Origin: Sphaerodactylus townsendi
Lineage: Eukaryota
Assembly: GCF_021028975.2 (NCBI RefSeq)
Contig: NC_059427.1
Location: 67,022,001-67,086,000 of the forward strand
DNA length: 64,000 nucleotides
Direction of reading: 5' to 3'
Positions 26,081 to 37,513 of the stretch are shown here, in pieces. Both the position numbers and the translations under genes were made by a program. The number at the start of each line of letters is the position of its first letter. Positions within the stretch are counted from its first letter, which is position 1. Under the pieces are notes generated by a model. It was not told where the DNA came from and made no database searches. It saw nothing but the letters and a program-made list of their open reading frames with translations.

Positions 26081-26472
26081 CAGTGGTGGGATCCAAAAAT
26101 GTAAGTAACAGGTTCCCATGGTGGTGGGATTCAAACTGTGGCATAGCGCCAATGGGGATGGGCGGGGCATGACGGGGGCGTGGCCGGGCATTCTGCGGGC
26201 AGGGCATTCCTGGGCGGGGCTGTGGCAAGGACGCAGCCGCTGTGCCGGTCCTTGGGCGGGAAACGAATGCACGCAGGCGCAGGCTGCCACGCACGCTGGT
26301 GCACCTCCTGCTAGACCGCTTCAAGTTCTGCGCGCTACTGCTGAGAGGAGGGGCGTAACTAAGGCAAAAATCACGTGGCAAAATCACCAATTAGTAACCC
26401 CCTCTCGGCACACACAAACAATTAGTAACCTACTCTTGGGAACCTGTGAGAACCTGCTGGATCCCCCCTCTG
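26081..26472. mobile_element. 392-bp GC-rich hAT MITE
   Basis: TIR CAGTGGTGGGATCCA / TGGATCCCCCCTCTG; perfect TSD GCCAAAGG. Confidence 0.9.
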
Positions 26473-29400
26473 GCCAAAGGCTGTGAGCCCAGTACAGGTT
26501 TGTGCACATGGTTAATTACAATTAAACTGTATATCTGGATGCATCTTATGTGGCTTTCCAGTAATTCAACAAAACACAATCTTCCTAGCTTCTATGTTTT
26601 CCAGGCCGGATGCACCTGAAAGACATTGAGCTAGAGTTCAATATGTACAAGCACAAACAATATTATTGAAAGAACCAACCAATTAGATTATACATGCTAG
26701 TTACTAGAACCATCTTTAAATCTCTTCTTCTCTTGTTTAAAAACATTCCAAGGTAGGATTCTGAATAGACCAGTTTGGATTGCTCTCAAAGGCATTTCAG
26801 CTCACGTTAACAAAAACTCAACTTGCCTTCCTTATACAGCATTTTTTCAGTGCTTCACATAACTTCTCCCCCTAATCCTTTAACAGTCCTGCAAAGTAGA
26901 TCAGTATTATACTGCAAACAGAAAACTGCTGAGGTTGAAAGATAGTAGCTCAGCTTAGATGACACAGAGATATAATGGCGGAGGTGAGATTTAAATCAGG
27001 GACTTTCTATCAGGTATTATTTAGCCATTCAGTGTGTGCTAGCTTCCTGTAACATATATTGTGCAGAGTTTTTTGTTTTTCTCTCTCTTCACGCCCACAT
27101 AGATATGCACTTTGATGCTGCAGCATTAAAAAAAAAAAGTTTGGTTTCCCCCTCCCTGCCAGAAACAGATGTAAATGGAGAAGAGTCTCTTGGTGGAAGC
27201 AACCTTATTAACTTCTCAAAACCAAGTTTCAGCAGCTCACTTCTGCCACCATGAGGCCAAAAGGAGAAATGCATGGGTCTTTTTTAATTTAAAAAAGTCC
27301 CCACATGTTTATTTACTTAAAATATTTATATCCCACCATTCTGAAAAAACGGAGACCAAGCCAGTTCGCAATATGTATAAAACCACAAAATCATGGACAA
27401 AAGCAAGATTTTTTTAAAAAAAGCAGTCAAGCTTCAATCAACCAAAAACTGAGAAAATCACTCACCAAATCTCTACCCTCAGAACTCATTTAGACGAAGG
27501 GTTTTTGAAAGAATGCTGCCTTATACCACTTTCTGAAACTCAAGGAGGATGCTGCCCTCTTTCTAATATTCAAAAGGTCAGTAGTGTGGAGAATATAGTT
27601 ATCACTACACATGGGTTCTATACGAACTAGATTCATAAAGACCTTACTCTTGCCTGAGTTTTGCCAAGGCCACCCAGTGCTTTATGACAACACAGAGATA
27701 TGGACCTGTAGCTACTTCCTGAACTCTTCCAAGTTTATTTTCAGGAGATAAGTAGTAGTAACTATTTTATGGGTGTGGACAAAGATATATTTTCTACTGT
27801 GGCTGTGAAGAAGAAATTTTGCTGCTATTGTCTAGAAGGAGGGGGAAAAAACTCTGTTCAGGCTGATTTACAAATGCAAGAGAACACAGTAAACAGCTGA
27901 CATGGTAGAATGGACTACAACCAGGCCAGGCTACAGTTGGAATAACATATGCTAGAATATTTCCTTTCTTTAAAATTCATTTTAAATAGAAAAGCGGTAC
28001 AGCAAACTAAGAGAGGCAGCAGTGCTGGTTTCTGTTTGCATGGAGATTTTTTGATATGAAGCATTCATTACTGGAATCCACCCACTACAGTCTTCTGGGA
28101 TGTGGTCCACTCTACCTCCTCAAGATTCCACCATCTCATTTTCCTGCATGTGTGTCTTAATTTAGTAAGAATGAAGGAGAAAGATGCAGACACATAATCA
28201 TCTTTGCACCAGTGCAGAGAGTATCTCAAAAGGTAATTTGCTAGGCTGCGGAGATATACTATTTCTAGAAATTGTGAAACTGGCAGAAAGAAAATTCCCC
28301 TCCCTTGTGGGAGAGGCAGAAATTTTTTTTGGGGGGGGGGGGGACTGAACTATATGCAATATATTCCTTTCTTATCAAACCTGAACATATTTTACATAAT
28401 TTATAACACTACATAAAATTGTACTATTTTGCATATTTATGAAATATGACAGTATACATGTTTGTGACCCAGCTAGAGAAAGAGTTGCAAAATGCTATAA
28501 CCTATGCTACCTTAGTTATATCTTACATATATCTTACCTTTTGCTATCTGGGAGTTAGAAAAATATAAAAGTTTAAAGTAAAATCACAAAATTTTATACT
28601 AGAGGAAAAGAAAATGTTTTTATTTGGAAATAAATCCTCACATGTTCATAAAAGTGTGAGAAACATATTTGGATATCATGTTAAACTTTCTAAGATTGAA
28701 AACACTGAACTATTCAATAGTGTATTATTATTTTGTAAATTATTTTACATCAGTTCATGCTATGCATTCTGCTTGAGTAAAACCTTATCTTAACAACAGC
28801 AGGGAATGCAAAATTGTACTTTTATTTTGGCATCCCCCCCGCCCTTGAATTTTTTCCTGTCTGTACGTATGTAGGTACCTGCCTGTAGGTATGATTCGTT
28901 AAGAAGATGTGACTTCTGTAGATGATAGAAACTCTAACCATAGAAACTGCTAGGAAAACAAGGAAGGTCAATTCTCCAGGGCTCCACTATCATGCAGAAA
29001 ATCTACTACAGCTGCTCCAGAGCAAAGAGAATCAATGAGACAGGCATGTTCCAGTTCACACTCAGTTATGAAAGCATGCTAGGGATGACCTTGGGCCAGC
29101 CACCCTACGGACACCACCCACCGCACAAGAAGATAAAACATGGGAAAAAAGAAAACCCTGTACTTCTTCGAGAAAAATCTAGTGGAAACAACAAAACAAC
29201 AAAAATCTAGTGGAACAACAAAAATAAATGGATACCCTAAAGGTACAGAGTAGACTGGGAGACAGAAAAGGACCATGCTCCCTCCCTCCGCTACACCCTG
29301 ATGGAGGGCCAAAGAATTGGCTTGACAGAAAGTGCTTCCGTGTTCCTCCTCACTGGCCCCACTGTGTCCAGAGCAGCAGGGCAAAGCCAGATTCTTCCAG

Positions 29401-31071
29401 GCTGCTCCTCACTCTCTGTTTTGCCAGGTCCAGCAGGTTCCTTTCTTCTCCTTGTTGCCAGCAGTACCACAAGGTGGATAGGAGGGGAGGCTGTGGGACA
29501 AGTGGAGCTCCAGGACAGAGACCCACCAGGATTTTTTCCCCATCGAAATAAACGGCCAATTCACCTCTGTATTTCGGAGAAGTTACCTGTGTTTCAGACT
29601 ACACGTGATTATTCTTCAGGAACAGCTGTGTTTCTGGTTATTATAAGATAAGGCACACCATTACATACTTAAAAAAAATTTTTTTGCAGTATAAACGTCA
29701 ATATGTTCAAGAGAAGGGGTCAGTGACTGCCATTCAAGTTTGGTGCACTGGTCTGAATGGTGGATCATAAGGGATGCTCTGATCCAGAAGGGTTATCTTT
29801 AGGTTGATCTGTACCACCACCTAGCAGAATATTGTCAGATTGCTGCACAGTTTGGCTGCAATTATCCTTCCCATACCCATTGCATGGGCTGCCCTCAGTC
29901 TTGCCCTTCTGCTTGACAACTAGCTAAAATTAAGTTCAAACCTTAGCTTGGATTCAACACAAAAACACTACTGAAGGCTTTTGCTCCATTTCAATCTGGA
30001 ATAATTACTGTAGTCTCATTCATCTGCTATTTTCTCTCCATACTCTCACCATGGAGACTTCATCAGATCGTCAGGAGAGTCAAGCCACATTGTTTCTACA
30101 TCAATGATTCAGGCTGAAGCGTGCCAAGGAAGGAACCCAGCTGGAGGACAGCAGGGGAGGAAGAAGTCTCCCAAGGAGTGTCCCTCTAAGGCAAGGAAAT
30201 CTAACCAGGTTCCAGAATAGTCGGGTGATGCCTGTATTTTCTCTTTATTTGAGAATACTTAAGTCTTGAGGATTGCCAAGCCTAGAAATTTGTGGGTGGA
30301 GCTGGAGAAGGGACAGGCATCAGCAGGGTATAATGCCATAGAGTCTACTCTCCTCAGGAGCTATTTTCCCCAGGGAAACTGATCTCAATAGTCTGAAGAT
30401 CAATTGCATTTTAATTAAAACATTTATATCCCACCTTTCCTCACAGTTCAAGGCAGCTTACAATATTAGTTAAAACATTTTCAGTTACCGGTACAACCAA
30501 AAATAAAATAGCAAACCCCAACTTTCTCTTCCTTCCCCTTTAAAAGATCTCTTTCATTTAAATCCCCTCAAAGGTCCTGGGAAACAGGAAGACCACACAC
30601 ATCTTCAAAGAGATTTGAAGATCTTCAAAGAGGCACCCCATTGGCCTCACCAAGGAGACCATTCCACAATCCCAAGCCATGATGGGGAAAGGCCTTGGCC
30701 CTGATTAATGCCAGATGGGCTACCCTAAGTGTAAGATAGCCAACAGATTGTGGCTTGATGGTCCCAGTTGGCGCACATGAACACATAAGAGGAACCAGTC
30801 CTTCAAATATGTGGGGCCCAGATTGTGAAGGGCTTTAAAGGTCATAAACAACACCTTGAATTTATTTCATAAACAGACTGGCATGTAATATAACTTTAAA
30901 CATGGGCAACATATATTCCCAGGAGCTAGCCCCTGGCAGTAGTGGGGCTGCAGCATTCATGACCAGTTGGATACTAGGTTGTCTTCAAGACCAGTCCCAA
31001 ATAGAGCTTGTTGCAGCAATCCAACCATGTGGTTACAGAAGCAAGGATCAGTGTGACCAGATATGTCAGGT

Positions 31072-31219
31072 CTCTGGTTCGCAACCTGGGGTACATGTAC
31101 GTGGAAGTGTTTGGGGGTATGTGAAAAAAATATGTGATGGGTTTGCGAATATGAGGGTACAATTTTAGGGAAATGAGTTGCCAAGGGGTACATGAGTGAT
31201 AAAAGGTTGGGAACCACTG
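31072..31219. mobile_element. Small hAT-Charlie MITE within L2
   Basis: Termini (C)TCTGGTTCGCAACCT / AGGTTGGGAACCACTG; degenerate TSD TGTCAGGT/TGCTAGGT. Confidence 0.65.
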
Positions 31220-31399
31220 TGCTAGGTAATGAGAGAGATGATAAATCAGATGCACCTGATAGAAGGCACTCCTGGCCACCATACCAACCTGCTTTTCAGA
31301 CAACACAGAAGAGTCCACGAGTACCCCCAAGCTTGTAACTTGCTCTCAAAAAAGCCAGGGTCACTCCATCTAAGGCAAGTTTATTCAGTCCCTCTAGAA

Positions 31400-32179
31400 T
31401 AGGGATTCCTAAAGTGGGCAGCACCCCTCCCCCAGGGGGCCAGTGGAAACATCAAAGGGGGTGGTGAAGAATTTTGGGGTGGTAGGAGGGTGCAGAAAAC
31501 TTTGGGGCAGTAGGGAGCCAGCACAGGGATTCCTGGGCCAGCTAGTGATAAAAGGTCTTGTCCTTCCATCCTGTTGACTGGTGAATTTTAAAGGAAAAGC
31601 AGCAGCAGCACTCTCCGCACTGTGTAGCCCGGGGTGGGAGAGGGAGTCAAGGCTAATAGCCAGCAAAAGCACCTTTATTACTCAATTTTCTGTGTCCCAT
31701 TTACATGGTTCCCTTAAAAACACCCTGAACTGCGGAGCAAAATCAAGATGTACTTTACTGCCTTCCCAACGTTATATTTACTGGAGTGGGGCTTTATAGT
31801 GCAGTCACTTAGCTTCTTTCTAAGCAGAGAAACAGCCTGAAAATTACTGGACTTCGAGATGTAAGACTTCTTCTTAGTGCTGTGCAGGCTGATGTTGAGA
31901 AGCTGATATACCTGCACCAAGCACATCCATGCCATTAAAACTGTGAAGACATAATGGGTGAGATGCAAACATACCCTTTTAGAGAGCTAAAACTGCTCAA
32001 TAAATTGGTTTACTAGATCATGTTTTATTTGTGAAATACATGTGTGTGTTTACAGTGTGAAAAGTTGTTTTGAATTTGCGGTAGACCTAATACCAAGAAA
32101 GAAGTGTGTGTTTACCTGTGTGCAGGGGAGGGGGCACTAGGGATGTGGCCTGACAGCCAAAAAAGTTTGGGCAACACTG
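31400..32179 (+). mobile_element. hAT-Charlie deletion derivative retaining the transposase C-terminus
   Basis: TIR TAGGGATTCCTAAA / TTTGGGCAACACTG; TSD CTCTAGAA/CTCTACAA (nTCTAGAn type); 31750-31938 reads, with frameshifts, FPTLYLLEWGF..AVT*LLSKQRNSLKIT..DVRLLLSAVQADVEKLIYLHQAHPCH*. Confidence 0.88.
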
Positions 32180-33450
32180 CTCTACAATATCAGCTTTCCC
32201 AACAAGCATCACTTCTGCCTTATCTGGATTCAGTTTGTTCTGCCTGAGCCACATGACCACAGACTGAAAGAACTGGTTTAGAACCAAGATGGACACACCT
32301 GGAGGGTTGGATAATGAAATCTAGAGCTGGATGTCATCTACATGTTCATTATACCCAACCCCAAACCTCCAGACAATCTCATTCAGCAGCCTCATAAAAT
32401 TGTGTCAAAGGCTGCTGAGAAGTCCAACGGTATCAACAGAGAAGACTAACCCCTATTCAACTTCAAATGGAACTCATCCACCAGCACAACAAAAGCCCTC
32501 TTGGTTCTAAACTCAGCCTGAAATCAGATGGAAATGGGTCAAAGGCCGAGGAGTCATCCAAGAAACTGAAGAGCTGCTCAGCCACCACATAGTGCATCAC
32601 GTTCCCTATAAAATGTAAACTGGAGACTGTAATAGGCTAATAACTACCTCTTTCAAAGTCCTAGGGACAGCTCCATTAATCAAGGAGGAATTGACCATTT
32701 CTCCCAATACTTTTTCCTAGCAAGATTTTAAAAGCCAGAAAGGACATGGATTAAGAAGAGCACAAGAGGTGGCCCTCACACTCCCAAGGGCTCTCTCTGC
32801 AAGTGGTCTCCACCCCCCACCACTCCTACCTGGACACCAGTTATTATTCTGCTGGATGCAGAAATATATGGAGGAGCTGCAGAAAAACTAAATTTCCAAC
32901 CGGCCTTTCCTATATGGGTTCATAGTTCTTACAAGAAAACAGCTGCACTGAAGACAACATGAAATAAACTAATCCATTCATTGTGTACACTTTACTCTAG
33001 AAATAACAATTGGGGGGATCACTGGCAGAAAAGGGTAACAGACCATTTATTTTTGTTGAGCATTGTATTTAGCAGAGAATTTTATGCTTTAACACGTATA
33101 ACAATAACCCTAGATCGATTTTTACACAGCAGCACAGTCATTTCTCCACCAGGTGGACAGCCAGATCTATAGGGAGGAAGGCATGGATTGCAAATAATTT
33201 TCAGTCTATCTCCTGATCAGAAATATTATCTATTAGCTGATTAGGGCAGCTTCTCGTGCATAGTGCTTGCCCTGTATCTTCCCTCACAATGTGATTAATA
33301 ACAGAAATATTCCCTTTTGCGCACGTGCTTCTCCACAAGATTGATAGGTTCAAGGGCAGTCCTGGAGATTCAGGAGCCTGTTCGTTAAGGCAGGAAGTCC
33401 TGTCCTTCCTTACAAGTTTAGTCTTAAACATGATTATCATTGTCTGCTAG

Positions 33451-33662
33451 TAGGGTTGCCCACTCTGGGTTGGGAAATTCCTGGAAGATGGGGGGGGATC
33501 CTTGGAGAGCAAAGTTTGGGGAGGGTCCTCTGTGGGATCTAATGCCATACAGCCCACTCTTCTGAGGCTGCCATTTTCTTCATAGGAATTGACCTCCACA
33601 GTCTACAGGTCAGTTGTAATTCTGGGAGAACTCCGGGATTCAACTGAAGTTTGGCAACCCCA
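33451..33662. mobile_element. TAGGGTTGCC-TIR MITE copy
   Basis: TAGGGTTGCCCACTC...GTTTGGCAACCC; homologous to 9863-10079. Confidence 0.75.
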
Positions 33663-35348
33663 TGTACTGGACATGCAGGAGGCAATATTCACTACCCATG
33701 GGTTGGCTGGGTTTGAAACAAAAGGAAACCCAGAAAATATCCTGGGCTGTACGATACTAAAACTTTCGCTCTAATCTCAACTCACCAACAGTATCACACC
33801 ACCAAGGATGGCACAATAAAAGGATTAATTTCTATCCCTCACTGGTGAGATACACCATTAACAACCCGAAGTTCCTCAAAGGACACAAACAGTGCCAACA
33901 ACTTTTTACAGCCTGTCTTGAGATGCATTGCCTGGAACCACCGAACAGGAAATGTGGGAGAGTTGCTAACTGGGCTCTGAAGGCAAACCTAAAAGCCAGT
34001 GTACAAGGAATGTATGAACACCTTATGAAGGAGCACTGGTTGGGTCCTCCCTGAATTTGATTTGATATACAAGGAAGCAAGCCACACAAATAAGAGGGGG
34101 GTTTTGGTTACCAGCTTAAACTAAACATGGTGGTTCAGCGGTCCTGTATCTTCAGGCCGTTGCTGATTTCAGTCAAAGAAGATAGGACAAAAGAGAGGGA
34201 GCAAGGAGAATTAAAAATCAAGCCAATTCTGTATGGAAAAGTATGGAAAAGAACCTTTTATAAAGTGTTCTGCCTCAGTCTATATTAGTGGAACTGATGT
34301 CCTGATTGAACCATTTGACAGTGAATGGAAATAATTTCCCTGTTCTCCACAAGGTATAGTGGGGAGAACATATTGGTATATGACAGTAGTTTTTTGTCAG
34401 TCTACGAAATTTGTCCTAAAATTGTAAATTGGCTGAAGTATTTTTAGTCCATAAAAGTTAATCAACTTTATCCACTACCAAAGCACTGAAGATTACTTTT
34501 AGTTTAGGAACAAAATCCACTATATTGTTAGAAAAGTAATCTGTATTTTTCTTTTCATTATCTATTACAGTGGCACACAAAGGAATAAACAACAGTGCCA
34601 GTAACTCCTACTGTCTAAAATTTGCCATTACCAATTAAAACTAGCACTCGTTCTTAAATCAACAAAAGGCTGAATACTCTCTGCCACTTTCCTGAACCAA
34701 GCATTGAGAAATACCCTCAAGGATTCTCCCTTCTTGCGGGTAAGCAAGCTCCTGTCAGCTCAAAATTGAGTTGGCTCAGCATTAAAAAACCTTTCTTGGG
34801 GAGTTTGGGAGTGCCCTTTCCCTCTAATGCTAGCAGATGCATGCTGGTACTTTATTATCTATTGTTTTCCTCTCAAAATTTCATCTAATCATAGCTCAGA
34901 CAAAGCTGCAAAAAAGCCCCCAAAGGCTCATTTCAAAGCCTCAGGGAACTGTGTGGTTTCTGAACTATTAGCACACAGCTGTGGAAGCAAAAGAGCTGTG
35001 CAGTCTCTGAGCTTGCTTCGTCAAACTCTAGAGACGCTTCCTGGCGTAAATGAGCTGAAGTGTTTGAACAGCAGTGTGAGGCTTACTTAAAGCCCATCTC
35101 TCTCTTTGTCCAACTTGTATGATATGCATTATGTCAGTGCTTTCAGGCAATAACATCTGGCCCATGTGGAAGTATCTGAGGCAGGGTTAGATGAGACATT
35201 GGATGCAAATAGGCATGCAATTGGAGTGAACTTATCCTGCACTGCAGCACACCAGCCGAAACAAGTTCGAAATTTCCCACCTATGTCAAATGAGAGCCAA
35301 CATAACAGATACACAAATCATGATTGACACATGACCTACAATATGCAC

Positions 35349-35597
35349 TGTAGGGTTGGTAGGTTCCCCCTCCCTCCCAGCCACTGGCGGGAGATGAGGG
35401 GGTAGGATTGCCAGATCAAGATCGGGAAACTCCTGGTGATCTGGGATGGAGCATAGGGAGAACAAGGACCTCAATGGATTACAATGCCATAGAATCCACC
35501 CTCCAAAGAATCCATTTTTCTTCAGGGGAACTGATCCCTGTAGTCTGGAGTTAAGCTGCAGTTCCAGGGGATCCCCATGTTCCACCTGGCATCCTTA
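35349..35597. mobile_element. TAGGGTTGCC-TIR MITE family copy (variant with extended end)
   Basis: Shares GGGAAACTCCTGG...AATGCCATAGAATCCACCCTCCAAAG...CCATTTTTCTTCAGGGGAACTGATC with the family. Confidence 0.7.
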
Positions 35598-35988
35598 ACG
35601 TACTTTGAATGCTATTCACAAACTTATACCTGGGCCCCCGACCTTTTTGAGGCTATGGGCACCTTTGGAATTCCACAGGAGGCAGAGCTAACTGGAAGAA
35701 AAAGCCAGGAACTGAGATTATGCATAACTCTCATATTAACTCTTCAACATTTAAGGCGAAAACTATGTTTAACAAGATACCTTTTAATTGGCACAGCCAA
35801 TCAGAAGTCCTGCTGAGCACAAATCTGCTCATTCTCTAAAATAAAGTTGAGCAGATGTCAGGTAAGGGGTTGGCAGGTGCCATGGCACCCACAGGCATCA
35901 TGCTGGGGACCCCTGAGTTTTATCATTGCTGCAGTATGAAAACAGTACCTTCAATGACAATTAGTCCACAGAACCTATTGTGATAGAT

Positions 35989-36508
35989 CAGTGGTGGCGA
36001 ACCTATGGCACGGGTGCCAGAGGTGGCACTCAGAGCCCTCTCTGTGGGCGCGTGCAGAATCCCCCCCCCCCCCACTCACACACACATCTAGGCTGGCTTG
36101 GACCGCTGGGCTCTATTAGCATTAAACCTAAGATCTAGTTTTAGGGAAGCAGTGTAGGTAACCTTGCTAAGCACTGTTAAACCTCACTGATTTTCATGCG
36201 AAGAACTAAAGTGCAATCCTTTACCTGGGAGTAAGCTCGGTTGGGGCTTGCTTCTGAGTAAACCCTCCTAGGGTTGTGGTTCACTGTTGGAAGAGTTGCA
36301 CGGTTGCTTCAAGTGCCAAAACCAATCAAGAGGCTACCATTTCCGCAAGCTTACTCCCTCGGTAATGCTGCATACCTGAGCCAACCATTTTTTTCTAAAC
36401 TACAACCTCAGTATTCAGGTTAAATTGCCATGTTGGCACTTTGTGATAAATAAGTGGGTTTTGGGTTGCAATTTGGGCACTCGGTCTCGAAAAGGTTCGC
36501 TATCACTG
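35989..36508. mobile_element. 520-bp non-autonomous hAT (CAGTGATGGCGAACCT-type TIR)
   Basis: TIR CAGTGGTGGCGAACCT / AGGTTCGCTATCACTG; perfect TSD TGATAGAT. Confidence 0.9.
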
Positions 36509-37359
36509 TGATAGATCATCTCAGCAGCTTGAAACAACCAGTTCCAGGCATTTCAGAAAAGCTTGTCTACAAAAAATTAGTTTCCCTTTTGGAAGTGAAA
36601 ACTACCATATTTTCAGTGGCAATCCAGTGCTTCCCACCAAAAGATCACATATCATGAGCTGGAAACCATATTTTTATTGTCTTCTGACAGAATGTTTCTG
36701 ACTTTCCACCAGCATCTGGAATATAGGTGCAGAGATGTAGCTAGGGAAAATGGAGCCTGGTGCAAAATCTGAGCCCCCCCCCCCCCCTCCACGTATGGAC
36801 GGCCTCCCCTCGACCAAAGGCCGGCCTCCCCCACTACGACCAAAGAACAATTTTTTGCACCATGTCATCTCAAAGTCACAATCACATTATAGAACATGCC
36901 CCAACTCACAAATCTGAACACATGCCCCAACTCACAAATCTGGACTCCCTGGTTGAAACAACATTGAAAGTGATGCTGTTTGAGGGGGTGGGGGAATCCA
37001 CCCTGAAACAGCATCAATTTTAATGTTGTTTAAAGAGCCCAGATTCTTCTTTTAAATCCACCTTAAAGGGAGAATCTGGGCTCTCTAGTTTAAACAACAT
37101 TGAAAATGATGCTGTTTCAAGGTAGATTCCCCCCCCCCAAAAAAAAACAGCATCACTTTCAATATTGTTTAGACAAGGGAGCCCAGATTCTCCTTTTAAA
37201 TCCACCTTAAAGGGAAAATCCCCAAGACCCTGGACTAAACAACATTGAAAAATGATACTGTTTCAGGAATGAATCCCCCCCCAAAAAAACAGCATCACTT
37301 TCAATGTTGGTTGTTGTGTGTTTTCCAGGCTGCGTGACCGTGGTCTGGTAGATCTTGTT

Positions 37360-37400
37360 CCTAATGTTTCACCTGCATCTGTGGCTGGCATCTTCAGAGG
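37360..37400 (-). ncRNA. Minimal hammerhead ribozyme motif, inverted copy (sense to TEX264 pre-mRNA)
   Basis: Reverse complement CCT-CTGAAGA-TGCCAGCCACAGATGCAGGT-GAAA-C-ATT-AGG. Confidence 0.72.
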
Positions 37401-37472
37401 TGTATCACAAAGAGAAGTCTGTTATACACTGTGTCCAGACTTCTCTTATTACAGACTTCTCTCTGTGATACA

Positions 37473-37513
37473 CCTCTGAAGATGCCAGCCACAGATGCAG
37501 GTGAAACATCAGG
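37473..37513 (+). ncRNA. Minimal type-I hammerhead ribozyme motif (Penelope-associated)
   Basis: CCT-CTGAAGA-T-GCC..GGT-GAAA-C-ATC-AGG: CUGANGA and GAAA core boxes, stem I CCT/AGG, stem II GCC/GGT. Confidence 0.75.

Larger units (their letters stand above)
30415..32780 (-). mobile_element. L2 LINE fragment interrupted by two hAT elements
   Basis: Peptides VVMWLRQNKLNPDKAEVMLVG and QVGMVARSAFYQVHLI; degenerate YADD (HVDDI) at ~32330. Confidence 0.75.
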
